Of a DNA stretch of 64,000 bases, positions 12,080 through 25,419 are shown piece by piece. This stretch comes from Flaccisagitta enflata. Taxonomy: Eukaryota. Position 1 is the stretch's first letter. Each line of letters begins with the position of its first letter. The position numbers and the translations under genes were made by a program. Under the pieces are notes generated by a model that ran no database searches, was not told the DNA's origin, and saw only the letters and a program-made list of their open reading frames with translations. Location of the stretch: contig OZ231126.1 in the NCBI GenBank assembly GCA_965153355.1, forward strand, positions 19,654,001-19,718,000. Reading direction: 5' to 3'.

Positions 12080-13320
12080 CAATAAAAATAGGGTATAACA
12101 TCACAAATCGCCATCCTCTTTTTGACAAATATTCTGCACAGTGAATGAAGCTAATTTCCACTACTTAGAATACTACTCAAAAAGATTGATAGCCAATCAT
12201 TACATTTCACACTAGTTTAACATTTAAATTGTATAGTGCTCAAGCAGTCAGGTCATAAATCTTCTGTGAGATATGGAAACACAAGTATGCTGATGCTTTA
12301 GTGTGAAGAAACAAGAAAACTGTTTCATCATTGATACATTGGTGGGTTGGCCAGTGGGTCCGATAATTTGCTTAGCATAAAAGAGCTTTTTTTTTTATAG
12401 GGGCCCAAAAAATTTATTTCCAGACCTGAAGTCGAAAAACCAAACTAGGGTATAATGTAACAAATCGCCATCCTCTTTCTGATAAATATTCTACACAGTG
12501 AATGAAGCTAATTTCCACTACTTAGAATACTACTCAAAAAGATTGATAGCCAATCATTACATTTCACCCTAATTTGATTTCTTTGCACATGCAAAAGAAA
12601 ACATCTAATTTGTATAGTGGTCAAGCAGTTTGGTCATAAATCTTCTGTGAGACATGGAAACACAAGTATGCTGATGCTTTAGTTTGAAGAACCAAGAAAA
12701 CTGTTTGTTCATTCTTACATTGGTTGGTTGGCCAGTGAGTCTGAAAATTTGCTTAGCATCATTGAGAGACATTTTTTGTGTGGCCCTTAAAAAAATTGTT
12801 TTACTGACCTGAAGAAGGGAAACCAAACTAGGGTATAAAGTAACAAATCGCCATCTTCTTTTTGATAAATATTCTACACAGTGAATGAAGCTAATTTCTA
12901 CTACTTAGAATACTACTCAAAAAGATTGATAGCCAATCATTACATTTCACCCTAGTTTGATTTCTGTGCACATGCCAAAATAAACATTCAAATTGGATAG
13001 TATTCAAGCATTTTGCACATAAATCTTTTGTGAGACATGGCAACACACATATTTTGCTTCTTTAGTTTGTGGTACCAAGGAAAAGTGGTTAATTTAGATA
13101 ATTTACAATTTAGATAATTTGCTTAGCAAAATTGTGACTTTCTGTGGCCTTTCTTAAAATCTTCCAGACCTGAAGAAGAAAAACCTAACTAGGGTACAAT
13201 GTAACAAATCACCATCCTCTTTCTGAAAAATATTCTACACAGTGAATGAAGCCAATTTCCACTACTTAGAATATTACTCAAAAAGATTGATAGCCAATCA
13301 TTACATTTCACACTAGTTTT
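12080..13320. repeat. Diverged ~360-380-bp tandem repeat (about 3.5 copies)
   Basis: Block CAAATCGCCATCCTCTT...CACAGTGAATGAAGCTAATTTCCACTACTTAGAATACTACTCAAAAAGATTGATAGCCAATC recurs at ~12105, 12462, 12845 and 13206; partial copy near 10494. Confidence 0.9.
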
Positions 13321-13684
13321 ATCTTGAGTTATGGAGAATCACCTTGGTTTGAAATTTGTTTATAGTATATCGAATGTCAAGATACAAATTTTCTGCCCTC
13401 CCTATTAAATCAGAACCACTAATTTTACATGAAATGAAGCTTTTAGCTTGTCATTGCAGGGTTGCATGGCAAGTGGGGTGAATTTTTTGCAAAGGCCAAA
13501 ATAACAAACAGAAAGTGTTATGAAAGAAAAAAAAAAAAAAAGAAGAATACTACTAAAATGAATTGCTAATTTAGAGAATTACGTCTACAGCGATTCTTTT
13601 TAGCCGCTAGTTTTGGATGACATTCCGCGCAGCCAATCATGGTATTGCTGGAGATGACTCACTTTGCAAGGCCTTCAGATTTTA

Positions 13685-16600
13685 GATACATCCCAATGCT
13701 AGGTAGTTATACTGCTGCGCCATACTTTACTTATTGGGTTATTCTTAAGGAGGGACTGCTGAGGGACTGCTGAGTGCATCCCCAGTTTAGTGTAAAGGGA
13801 CTGCTGAGGGACTGCTAGATGCATCCCCATGCTAGTTAGTTATACTGCTGCGCCATACTTTACTTATTGGGTTATTCTTAAGGAGGGACTGCTAAGGGAC
13901 TGCTGAGTGCATCCCCAGGTTAGTGTAATAGGGACTGCTGAGGGACTGCTAGATGCATCCCCATGCTAGTTAATGTTATACTGCTGCGCCATACTTTACA
14001 TATTGGGTTATTCTTAAGGAGGGACTGCTGAGGGACTGCTGAGTGCATCCCCAGGTTAGTGTAATAGGGACTGCTGAGGGACTGCTAGATGCATCCCCAT
14101 GCTAGTTAATGTTATACTGCTGCGCCATACTTTACATATTGGGTTATTCTTAAGGAGGGACTGCTGAGTGCATCCCCAGGTTAGTGTAATAGGGACTGCT
14201 GAGGGACTGCTAGATGCATCCCCATGCTAGTTAAAATTATACTGCTGCGCCATACTTTACATATTGGGTTACTCTTAAGGAGGGACTGCTGAGGGACTGC
14301 TGAGTGCATCCCCAGGTTAGTGTAATAGGGACTGCTGAGGGACTGCTAGATGCATCCCTATGCTAGTTAGTTATACTGCTATGCCATACTTTACTTATTG
14401 GGTTATTCTTAAGGAGGGACTGCTGAGGGACTGCTGAGTGCATCCCCAGGTTAGTGTAATAGGGACTGCTGAGGGACTGCTAGATGCATCCCCATGCTAG
14501 TTAATGTTATACTGCTGCGCCATACTTTACATATTAGGTTATTCATAAGGAGGGACTGCTAAGGGACTGCTGAGTGCATCCCAAGGTTAGTGTAGTAGGG
14601 ACTGCTGAGGGACTGCTAGATGCATCCCCATGCTAGTTGATGTTATACTGCTGCGCCATACTCTACATATTGGGTTACTCTTAAGGAGGGACTGCTGAGG
14701 GACTGCTGAGTGCATCCCCAGGTTAGTGTAATAGGGACTGCTGAGGGACTGCTAGATGCATCCCCATGCTAGTTGATGTTATACTGCTGCGCCATACTTT
14801 ACATATTGGGTTATTCTTAAGGAGGGACTGCTGAGGGACTGCTGAGTGCATCCCCAGGTTAGTGTAACAGGGACTGCTGAGGGACTGCTACATGCATCCC
14901 CATGCTAGTTAGTTATACTGCTGCGCCATACTTTACATATTGGGTTATTTATGAGGAGGGACTGCTGAGGGACTGCTGAGTGCATCCCCAGGTTAGTGTA
15001 ATAGGGACTGCTGAGGGACTGCTAGATGCATCCCTATGCTAGTTGATGTTATACTGCTGCGCCATACTTTACGTATAGGGTTACTCTTAAGGAGGGACTG
15101 CTGAGGGACTGCTGAGTGCATCCGCAGGTTAGTCTAGTAGGGACTGCTGAGGGACTGCTAATGCATGCTAATTAAGTTATACTGCTGCGCCATACTTTAC
15201 ATATTGGGTTATTCTTATGAAAGGGACTGCTGAGTGCATCCCCAGGTTAGTGTAATAGGGACTGCTGAGGGACTGCTAGATGCATTCCCATGCTAGTTAA
15301 TGTTATACTGCTGCGCCATACTTTACATATTGGTTTATTCTTAAGGAGGGACTGTTAAGGGACTGCTGAGTGCATCCCCAGGTTAGTGTAATAGGGACTG
15401 CTGAGGGACTGCTAGATGCATCCCCATGCTAGTTAAAATTATACTGCTGCGCCATACTTTACATATTGGGTTACTCTTGAGGAGGGACTGCTGAGTGCAT
15501 CCCCAGGTTAGTTTAATAGGGACTGCTGAGGGACTGCTAGATGCATCCCCATGCTAGTTAAAATTATACTGCTGCGCCATACTTTACATATTGGGTTACT
15601 CTTAAGGAGGGACTGCTGAGGGACTGCTGAATGCATCCCTAGGTTAGTGTAATAGGGACTGCTGAGGGACTGCTAGATGCATCCCCATGCTAGTTAGTTA
15701 TACTGCTGTGCCATACTTTACTTAATAGGTTATTCTTAAGGAGGGACTGCTGAGGGACTGCTGAGTGCATCCCCAGGTTAGTGTAATAGGGACTGCTGAG
15801 GGACTGCTAGATGCATCCCCATGCTAGTTAATGTTATACTGCTGCGCCATACTTTACATATTGGGTTATTCTTAAGGAGGGACTGCTAAGGGACTGCTGA
15901 GTGCATCCCCACAATAGTGTACTAGGGACTGCTGAGGGACTGCTAGATGCATCCCCATGCTAGTTAATGTCATACTGCTGCGCCATACTTTACATATTGG
16001 GTTATTCATAAGGAGGGACTGCTAAGGGACTGCTGAGTGCATCCCCAGGTTAGTGTAATAGGGACTGCTGAGGGACTGCTAGATGCATCCCCATGCTAGT
16101 AAATGTTATACTGCTGCGCCATACTTTACATATTGGGTTATTCTTAAGGAGGAACTGCTAAGGGACTGCTGTGTGCATCCCCACGTTAGTGTACTAGGGA
16201 CTGCTGAGGGACTGCTAGATGCATCCCCATGCTAGTTAATGTTATACTGCTGCGCCGTACTTCACATATTGGGTTATTCATAAGGAGGGACTGCTAAGGG
16301 ACTGCTGAGTGCATCCCCAGGTTAGTGTAATAGGGACTGCTGAGGGACTGCTAGATGCATCCCCATGCTAGTTAAAATTATACTGCTGCGCCATACTTTA
16401 CCTATTGGGTTACTTTTAAGGAGGGACTGCTGAGGGACTGCTGAGTGCATCCCCAGGTTAGTGTAGTAAGGACTGCTGAGGGACTGCTAGATTCATCCCC
16501 ATGCTTGTTAAAGTTATACCGCTGCGCCATACTCTACATATTGGGTTACTCTTAAGGAGGGACTGCTGAGGGACTGCTGAGTATATCCTCAGGTTAGTGT

Positions 16601-17523
16601 AATAGGGACTGCTGTGGGACTGCTAGATGCATCCCCATGCTAGTTGATGTTATACTGCTGCGCCATACTTTACATATTGGGTTATTCTTAAGGAGGGACT
16701 GCTGAGGGACTGCTGAGTGCATCCCCAGGATAGTGTAACAGGGACTGCTGAGGGACTGCTAGATGCATCCCCATGCTAGTTATCTATACTGCTGCGCCAT
16801 ACTTTACATATTGGGTTATTTATAAGGAGGGACTGCTGAGGGACTGCTGAGTGCATCCCCAGGTTAGTGTAATAGGGACTGCTGAGGGACTGCTAGATGC
16901 ATCCCCATGCTAGTTAAAGTTATACTGCTGCGCCATACTTTACATATGGGGTTATTCTTAAGCAGGGACTGCTGAGGGACTGCTGAGTGCATCCCCAGGT
17001 TAGTGTAATAGGGACTGCTGAGGGACTGCTAGATGCATCCCCATGCTAGTTAAAGTTATACTGCGCCATACTTTACATGGGGTTTAATTAAGGAGGGACT
17101 GCTGAGGGACTGCTGAGTGCATCCCCAGGTTAGTGTAATAGGGACTGCTGAGGGACTGCTAGATGCATCCCCATGTTAGTTAAAGATATAATGTTGCGAC
17201 ATACTTATCATACTGAGATTTTCTTTTTAGGGACTGCTGAGGGACTGCTGAACGCATCCCCTAGTTAGGGTAAGAGGGACTGCTGAGGGACTGCTAAGCG
17301 CATCCCCAAGTTAGGGTAGGAGGGACTGCCAAGGGACTGCTGGGTGCATCCCCATCTTAGTTGAGATGATACTTTGGGGATACTGCTGAGGGACTGCTGG
17401 GCGCATCCCCAAAATGTTGAGAGCTTGGGACTGCTGCAAGACTGCTAGGTACATCCCCAGAATAAGGAAGAAAATTAGCAAACAGGGACTGCTGAGTTTG
17501 GTACTGCTATAATGATCTTACCC
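13685..17523 (-). repeat. Same 134-136-bp array in inverted orientation (right arm), ending in diverged subterminal units and ...GATCTTACCC
   Basis: Reverse complement of the 3948-8445 unit (AGGGACTGCTGAGGGACTGCTAGATGCATCCCC). Confidence 0.95.
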
Positions 17524-17560
17524 AACTATCATCGATCTACGTTTAAATCTACTCGCTCAG

Positions 17561-17671
17561 GATGCGGAGGATGAGGAAGTGACTAAGACATTCAAGCGCC
17601 GAAAAACGACCGAGAAAAAGGAGGCAAAGGCGCCACTGGGAGCAGCTGATGGCTTCAAGCCTTTGAATTGA
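17561..17671 (+). CDS. Probable terminal coding exon of an upstream gene (DAEDEEVTKTFKRRKTTEKKEAKAPLGAADGFKPLN*)
   Basis: CTCGCTCAG acceptor followed by 37 open codons with host-like codon usage and a TGA stop; no upstream exon seen in the window. Confidence 0.5.
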   Translation, partial: DAEDEEVTKTFKRRKTTEKKEAKAPLGAADGFKPLN

Positions 17672-17939
17672 AACGCCATCATCCAGACAGTAAATCTCTC
17701 GCAGCTGCGCTGTAGGAATGAAAATTACTATTTTGTTACAATTGTTTTTGTTATTTACCCATCGATACGATGAATTTTTTTCTCGCCTCTACATGCCATG
17801 TTTCTCTTCTTTACAAGGCAAATATCATGACAGGGGCGAATGCTCGGTTGAGTGGATTCTGACTGCTTGATTAAAAACCAAGGTAGAACTAAAGGTTCTC
17901 CTCTCACGACTTTATCGAACTCTTATTAACCGTGGTAAC

Positions 17940-19556
17940 ATGCGGTTTCTAGACTTCATTGGGTCGAGTGCCCTTAGCTCAAATTTGTTGTTTTATCTCG
18001 CCGTTTGGACAGAATTGAACTCGCTCAACAATAGGGTTACTCCACCTACGATTCAGGTAAGTCAATCCGAGTTTTTAGATGCGTCCGTCGGGAACGCATC
18101 TCTATAAGAGGGTCTGTCTGTCCGTCCGTCCGTCCGTCCGTATGTCCGTTACGCTTCCCAAAAAATCAAAGTTTTCGGCACTTTTCAGTCGCGACGACTT
18201 TTCGTACTGAATCAAATACTCTTTAGTAGGCTTTGACGTCGTTTTATCTGTCTGTCCGTCCTTCTATCTGTCCTTCCATATATCTGACATGTCGATCGTC
18301 AAGGTCAATACACGCAAGGACACAGTCAGGACGCATCTTTGCCCGGTTGGGCTTGTTTAGTATGGAAATTGTTTTGCTTTGATCCAATTCAGTGACGGCA
18401 TGAATTATGTCATTGCATGTTTGCGCGAAATACGAAGTTATGTATTGTAGGTCTCCTGATATTTGAGGTCTCCTGATATTTGTTATCATACACACATGCA
18501 CACATGCACATACACACATGCACATACACACATGCACATACGCACATGTACAGCATTTGGTATTGGTTTATTTCTCTTGCAGCATCTTGCTCTCGTGTTT
18601 TTGGCAACGCACAATTTGATCTCTCTATTCCACGCCTACGCCTTTCTCAATTGGGCGTTGTGTGTCATTCACTTCCTGGGCCTGGTTCTCCACGTCGCTT
18701 TCATCGTCGCTTATCTCAAAATATCCGTTCATTGGAAAAGATTCTCCCTGCAAGTGCTTGGGTGAGACGAAAGTACATCGACCGCTTGTCTTTGGTGATA
18801 GGGTATGACTGAGAGATCTACTAGTGTTATAAGTTTTAGTTATTATTAATTTCATCACTTATTCTTTCGTTTATCAGCGCGATCATTGTCTCCTCCGCTA
18901 TTTTCCTGCATATCTTCTCCTTGGATGACGTCGGCCTGAAGAAAGAACGTTTAGAGACTTTATCTCACGTGTCAGCTGGCTTGGCTTATTTCGCGACTCC
19001 CGCGCTCTCTCTTTACAAAGCGTACAAATTTGACGACAACAACTGCGTGTCCGTTTGGATCACTTCTTCTCTCATGTGGGCCGCTTCCCTCTCGTTCCTC
19101 TACGGATTTCTCGTGAAGTGAGTGGTAGCCATTTTAATCTTCGCTTTTGATTTATCGTGTTGCTCATCAGTATTTTGAGCGGCATGAGCAAGAGCCGACC
19201 TTACCATCTAAATTCTGTAACAGAGGTAGTGAAGATTTGTTATTTAATGACGCACCCTTTCATTGCAATGAAGTGCAATACTGTAAAAATACCCACACCT
19301 CACGGCTGTACTGTACTGATGTACGGGCTGTACTGCTTCTCATTTTACATAGCTTTTATCTGTATTTAGCCTATTGACAAGACTAATGTTCCTCTCATTT
19401 TCTCCACCCAGAGACAACGCTATGCAATTATCTCAAATTCCATGCATCGCAACATGCCTGATATCAATGGGTTACGTTTGGCATCAAGACAAGAAACGCA
19501 TGGAAGAGTTGAGACTACTTCTCGATGAACAGGAAAAGGACAAAAAGGCCCAATGA
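17940..19556 (+). CDS. Divergent SWEET/SLC50 (MtN3/saliva)-like multi-pass membrane protein, 4 exons
   Basis: Exons ~17940-18056, 18583-18761, 18878-19117, 19412-19556 join in frame via GT-AG introns. About 7 hydrophobic segments; LYGFLVKDNAMQLSQIP resembles SWEET TM6-7 (LYGxLxxDxxxxxPNxxG). Confidence 0.6.
18072..18358 (+). mobile_element. DINE-1/HINE-like short element
   Basis: TTTTTAGATGCGTCC...GCATCTCTATAAGAGGG, (GTCC)n microsatellite, inverted GGACGCATCT, then hairpin GCCCggttGGGC and T-tract. Related degenerate copies at ~38900-39027 (-) and ~45445-45612. Confidence 0.7.
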
Positions 19557-20014
19557 TGATCAATGGACTAAAAGACTAAAAGAATTCGATCTATGTCGTT
19601 TATAGTTGTTAGCTAATTTATTTCGTTTTTTTTTGTTTTTCATTGCCGTGCTCCGCATTTAACGGGACATTTCCCGTTTTAACCTTGCGTTACTCTTAGT
19701 CCAGAATGGTTTTTATCAATTTTTTACAGTTCTATCATAGGAATTTCAAGATTTCATGTCCCTCGTTTCTGCCTCCACACGATGATAACGTGAATCACCG
19801 TTGACGGGAAATCCCCGGCCCCATGTATTGACAAAACAAAATGTGCAAAATTCAATCTCTCACCATCCCGTCGATGTCCTCCGTAGTACCCTCCCCGACA
19901 AAGTCTCAGACTTCGAAATTCCCAGCCATTTGTTGTGAAACAATCCCAAAATAAAGCAAATTCAGAAAGCAAAAACAGAACGTTTAAGCGTCGTTGACTC
20001 TGTAAGCTGAAGGA

Positions 20015-23000
20015 ATGACCAGTCCTCCCGAACCAGTCTCTGCCTATTTCACTCTGGAAACGGAAGCCGAAGCCAAAGAAAATAGCCGTAAGAAACCTTT
20101 CGATCCCGAAGTCAAATTCGCCAAGTTAAAACACGGCGTTCAAAACACCATGAAGGGCGCGAGAAGGGAATACGATAGGTAAGTGGGATGAGTGCATCCA
20201 GATGTTTTAATTCTATACAGTAGATGTCGTCTAGACTTGGAAATACGGGGAATTCATTACAGTAAGACAAATATACTTAAGAGACTGATATTTCGAATAT
20301 GTAGTGTGAATATATGACAATGTATTTTCATAGCAACCAACTTCCATGGGGAATAAAGCATCCTTTTATTGTTTTTTTTTTCAAATATCAGTCTCTTAAA
20401 TTCATATGTCTTTCTGTAATAAATTCCCCCGTGATTCCAAGTCTAGACGACATCTACTGTACGTTTTACTGTAATTGCATGTGTCACTGTGCGATCAGGC
20501 TTAGTGCATCTATCTATCTCTAACGTCGTTGCATGGTACATTTGCGACTCTTGTAAACAACTGCGCGCGGTTACCGAAAGACCAGCTTGCGGTGTAAACG
20601 TGTTCGTGTTAGGGAATGAAAGGACGGAGCAACAGAGGGGCTGATAAGGGGACCGATACATATTGTTCCACTTCTCATACAAATTCACCTGCGATTCTTC
20701 ATTCAAACTCTTTTAATCACCTGAACGTCTGTGAATTATCATTATCTTTTCTCCTCTTTGCGCCTCCTCCCCCTTTCCCCTTATCACCCAGGATTCATGG
20801 TCGCAACGTCGGAGCGCGTACTCCTATTCAGACCGGAAATGCCGTTGCCAGTAGAAACGGAAACGGGAATTCGAATCGCTCCGATCAACAGCGAGCCTCA
20901 GTCCCATCGCCTTCGCTCAGCAGAAGGTTAGTTCTAAAAACCGTCGAGCGCTTTTGCATCCGCCTGAGTGTGTAGAAGTTGTTTTGGCTTGGCTTATGAT
21001 TATTCTTTTTCTGAAGTCATATTTACTTCCCGACGGGGTAGAGGCAGAGAACATCAGCTGATCTACATCCTCGCCGCAATCTTAAGCTAATAAAAGTAAT
21101 TGCAATTCTCTCAGTGATTTTTTTCCGCGCCCTCGAGTTTCGTTGATCGAGATCATTCGAAGGGATTGACTAGGATGATTCATGATTTGTTGGACGATGC
21201 CTTGAAATTGGTTTTCCACCGCAGTAGTCGTTAAACTTAAAGCTTCAACTTAATTACTTCTGAAGTAATCATTTATGTGTGGTCACGTGCACTTCTTTTA
21301 GGTTTTTGACTTGAGACAACCGGTTCCAAGGATGTTGGGAAATTTCAAAGAAAGGCTTCTGTAGAGCTGAATGTTTCTTTTTCTCAGTGATTGTTTCTTA
21401 TATTCCGCGAGTTGCGGTTCAATGCAGTGGTTTTGATTAAGACAGTAGATTCGATCGTGGCCAAAGTACGTTGGTAGCAAGTAGCGACTCTTCTGATTTT
21501 CGTTCCCAAGTCACGATTACCTAATCGTAATCTTGTTTTCTTGCGAAGTGATTTTGGTTAGCTGAATTGCAGTACCTCATCGACGCAGTTTAATAATTTC
21601 GAACAAGGAAAACATTTCAAAACCGCAAATTAAGATATTCATGTTGCCCTGTACAGTATATTTTTTGTAAAGTCCTTCGGTTTGGGGGGCATTCATGGTC
21701 GGCCGATCCAAGAAATACCATCCACGTCATCGTTATCAGGCCATTCCTTTGGTGACGTTCAGGTCATTTGAACATACTCTTCCTCTAAAGTTTGCTGGTA
21801 TTTTGATTGAGTTTTCGGGTACAACTAGAATAAGTTTAATCAAAAGTCAACTATCATCTGCACATGACGAGAAAAAAACTTAGAATCGTGGCAGCCTTTG
21901 CTCTTATTTCAACACACACTAGACATAGTTATGCAAACGGTTTCATTTCCAGTTTTTGTAAAGACATCGGCAGTGACTTGCTCTTAAACTTTCGAAGTGT
22001 CATTTTCATTTTTCTCCCACCCTCTTTCTGACAGATCCGGTGAAGATTTCGAGACGGACGAAAATATTCACCTGATGAAAGCAACATCGCGCAGCAACCT
22101 CAACCTCAACAACTCCGATGGCGGCGGACGGCGCAGTCGCAGCAAAAAGACCGGCTGCTGCGCCAACTGCTGCAAGAGGAGGAGCCCCATGCCAAGAACC
22201 ATTCCGATAGGTATGGAATATCCAGACGTAATTTTGAGTCAAAACATGGCCTAACATAATTAATCTCGGGATTCCTCCCTTCCACCAAATTCTTAGAAAG
22301 TACTCAAATATCCATCTTTTCCCCTTAAAATCCCGTATCAGGAAAACCCCTGCCCGGACGGAAAACTCCGAAATTCGGTTCAAACAAGATCAACAATCAA
22401 AAATACAATTTCATCACTTTTCTGCCCATATGTTTATTTAATCAATTCAAGTTCTTTTTGAACTTATTCTTCCTAATATGCGCGGCCACGCAGTTCATCC
22501 CCGAATTGAGGGTAAGACTAGTAGGAACAACAAAGATAAGATGTTGCGTTGCAATGTACGAGCCCATACACAATGTTACCAATCTCAAGGACCGTCTTTC
22601 CCGTTCATCAGGTGGGGTTAATTTGGACGTACTGGGCGCCGTTGGGTTTCGTGCTTGCTATTACGCTGATCCGCGAGGCGTACGACGATTTCCAGCGAAT
22701 GTTGCGCGATCGCGAGATAAACGGGGCGCTTTATTGCAAGCACACGCCCACCGGCATCGTTATCGTCAAATCCGCCAACATAAAGGTGCTCATTAAAAGC
22801 TGATTCTGCTCTGGCCTAGCTGTACATAAGCTTGTCAAGAACCATTTCATTTGTACCTAGATTTAGCTGAACTCTTGTTGTGCTAATGACTAATTTGCAT
22901 ACAGTTAAACCTCGCAATAACGGATCTCAAGGGACCAACAAATTTCATCCACTATAGACGGATTTCCCTTATTGCCAATATGGAAATTAAAAGAAATGGG

Positions 23001-25387
23001 TATGAAGGGACCAAGTTTTCAGATTCGTTATAGGCGGATTTCCGTTGCTCTTGGATCCGTTATAGCGGGATTTAACTGTATTGCTTTTTATTGAGAATGT
23101 AGTTTGTAACGGAGGAAGTTTGTAACTTCACTTCTTGAATGAACTCATTATGAAAATGATCACTTACGGTCAATTATTGTGGGCTTACCAATAATTGGAG
23201 AGAATGGGCTAATCCTCATCTTTTACTTGCAATGTATCGTGACTCCGCCATGTGGAAAGTTTGAAATAACAACCAGTTTGAGCTATATCCGAACACTAAT
23301 AAGATTAATTGCTCTCCTGATTTGCATTGATTACCTGCTGCTCTCTTATTAAACTGCGATTTGTCAGGTGGGGGACATAATCACCATCGAGAAAGATCAG
23401 CGCGTCCCGGCTGACATGGTTCTATTGCGGACAACGGAAAAGGCCGGATCGTGTTTCATACGAACGGATCAACTCGATGGTGAAACGGATTGGAAACTGA
23501 GGGTCGCGGTCCCCGTTACTCAAAATCTGCCAACCGACGCGTCGCTCTCTGAAATATCGGCTCAAGTAAGGGGGTTATGGTGTTGAAATATAATATCATT
23601 TGATAATTATCAATCAATGACAATGCATGATTGCTAACGCAAGTTAGCGAGACGTACAGATTTGAACTATCTTAATTTTATTTATCTGTACATCTGCTTT
23701 TAGATCTACGCAGAGAAGCCGCAAAAGGATATTTATAATTTCATCGGCACATATTCGCGCACCGATGGAATCGATCAGCATGAAAGTCTAAGCGTCGAAA
23801 ATATGATTTGGTCCAACACCGTCGTCGCCTCCGGTTGGTACCGCGTGTACAGGCAGGGGGATGGGTCACGTTCGCAATGAGAATCCGCGTCTTTTGTTTT
23901 TAAGTGTTTTTAAGCGGGTAATGTTTTAGGGTTAGGGTTGGGGTGGGTTTTAGGGTTAGGGACAGAGTAGGGATTAGGGATAGGGTGAGGGTTAGGTGCG
24001 GGTTTAGTTTTATTTGGTTTAGCTCGAGTAAGCTTTAATTATAGATTTGACCTTGTGGGGAAAAACAAGTGCACCGGATTGAATTACCTAACATGACCGG
24101 GGGATGGATGTAAGGGGGGGGGGGCAAGAAAAGGGAAGTAAGGAAATTTGAAAGGAGGGAAATTTGAAAGGAGGGAAATTTGAAAGGAGGGAAATTTGAA
24201 AGGAGGGAAATTTGAAAGGAGGGAAATTTGAAAGGAGGGAAATTTGAAAGGAGGGAAATTTGAAAGGAGGGAAATTTGAAAGGAGGGAAATTTGAAAGGA
24301 GAGACTTGAAAGGAGGAAATTTGAAAGAGGAAATTTGGGAAGGAAATTTGAAGGAATTTGAAAGGAGGGAAATTTGAAAGGAGGGAAATTTGAAAGGAGG
24401 AAATTTGAAAGGAGGGAAATTTGAAAGGAAATTTGAAAGGAGGGAAATTTGAAAGGAGGGAATTTGAAAGGAGAAATTTGAAAGGAGGAAATTTGAAAGG
24501 AGGGAAATTTGAAAGTTTGAAGGAGGGAAAGGAGGAAATTTGAAAGGAGGAAATTTGAAGGAGGAAATTTGAGGAGGGAGGGGAAAGTGAGGGGAGGAGG
24601 AAATTTGAAAGGAGGGAAATTTGAAAGGAGGGAAATTTGAAAGGAGGGAATTTGAAAGGAGGAAATTTGAAAGGAGGGAAATTTGAAAGGAAATTTGAAA
24701 GGAGGGAAATTTGAAAGGAGGGAATTTGAAAGGAGGGAAATTTGAAAGGAGGGAAATGAAATACCTTCTTCTCATTTATATTGAACTATTTCCTTTGCCC
24801 CTGGCCAGGCGTTGCCATTGGTGCGGTGGTATACACGGGCGGCGACACGCGGGCTGTGATGAATACGAGTCAACCTCGATCCAAATACGGCAAGCTGGAC
24901 GAGGAAGTCAACACGCTCACTAAGATCCTATTCGTCGCCGTTGTCATTCTATCCTTCTGCATGGTCGCGCTCAAAGGTGCACCCTCCTTCGTCCACTCGG
25001 TTTCCCAAACCAATGTCCAAGCAATGTCATTTTCCATTTGTTGAAGTTACACTCTTTATCACGCACACACGTTCAGTGTTAACCAACGTTGTTCCTTATC
25101 CCCCCAGGGATGTATATAGTTCTATGATCTTTGATTAATTCCCCCCCCCCACCCCCTGCCTTTGATTTTCTTCCCGCAATCCGTCGCGTCGCGTTACAAA
25201 ATCTATGATTTTCCTCCCCATATAACACTAAAACAGGGTTTTTAACGTTTAAATAGTGTTAATTTGTGTTTTACTAATCAGTTTTTATGATTTGGTACTG
25301 CCAAAAGTTATATTTTCCTAAAATTTTCTTTTTTGTCCGCGACGGAATATCATTCCGACGCGGACTATAATTCAAGGCGGGTGGGTG

Positions 25388-25419
<32 letters not shown>

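Noticed and set aside
3948-17200. CRISPR-like repeat-spacer pattern
   Set aside because: Spacers are two alternating recurring sequences, the context is eukaryotic, and no cas genes are present.
23925-24010. TTAGGG-like repeats
   Set aside because: Short, degenerate and intronic; not a telomere.
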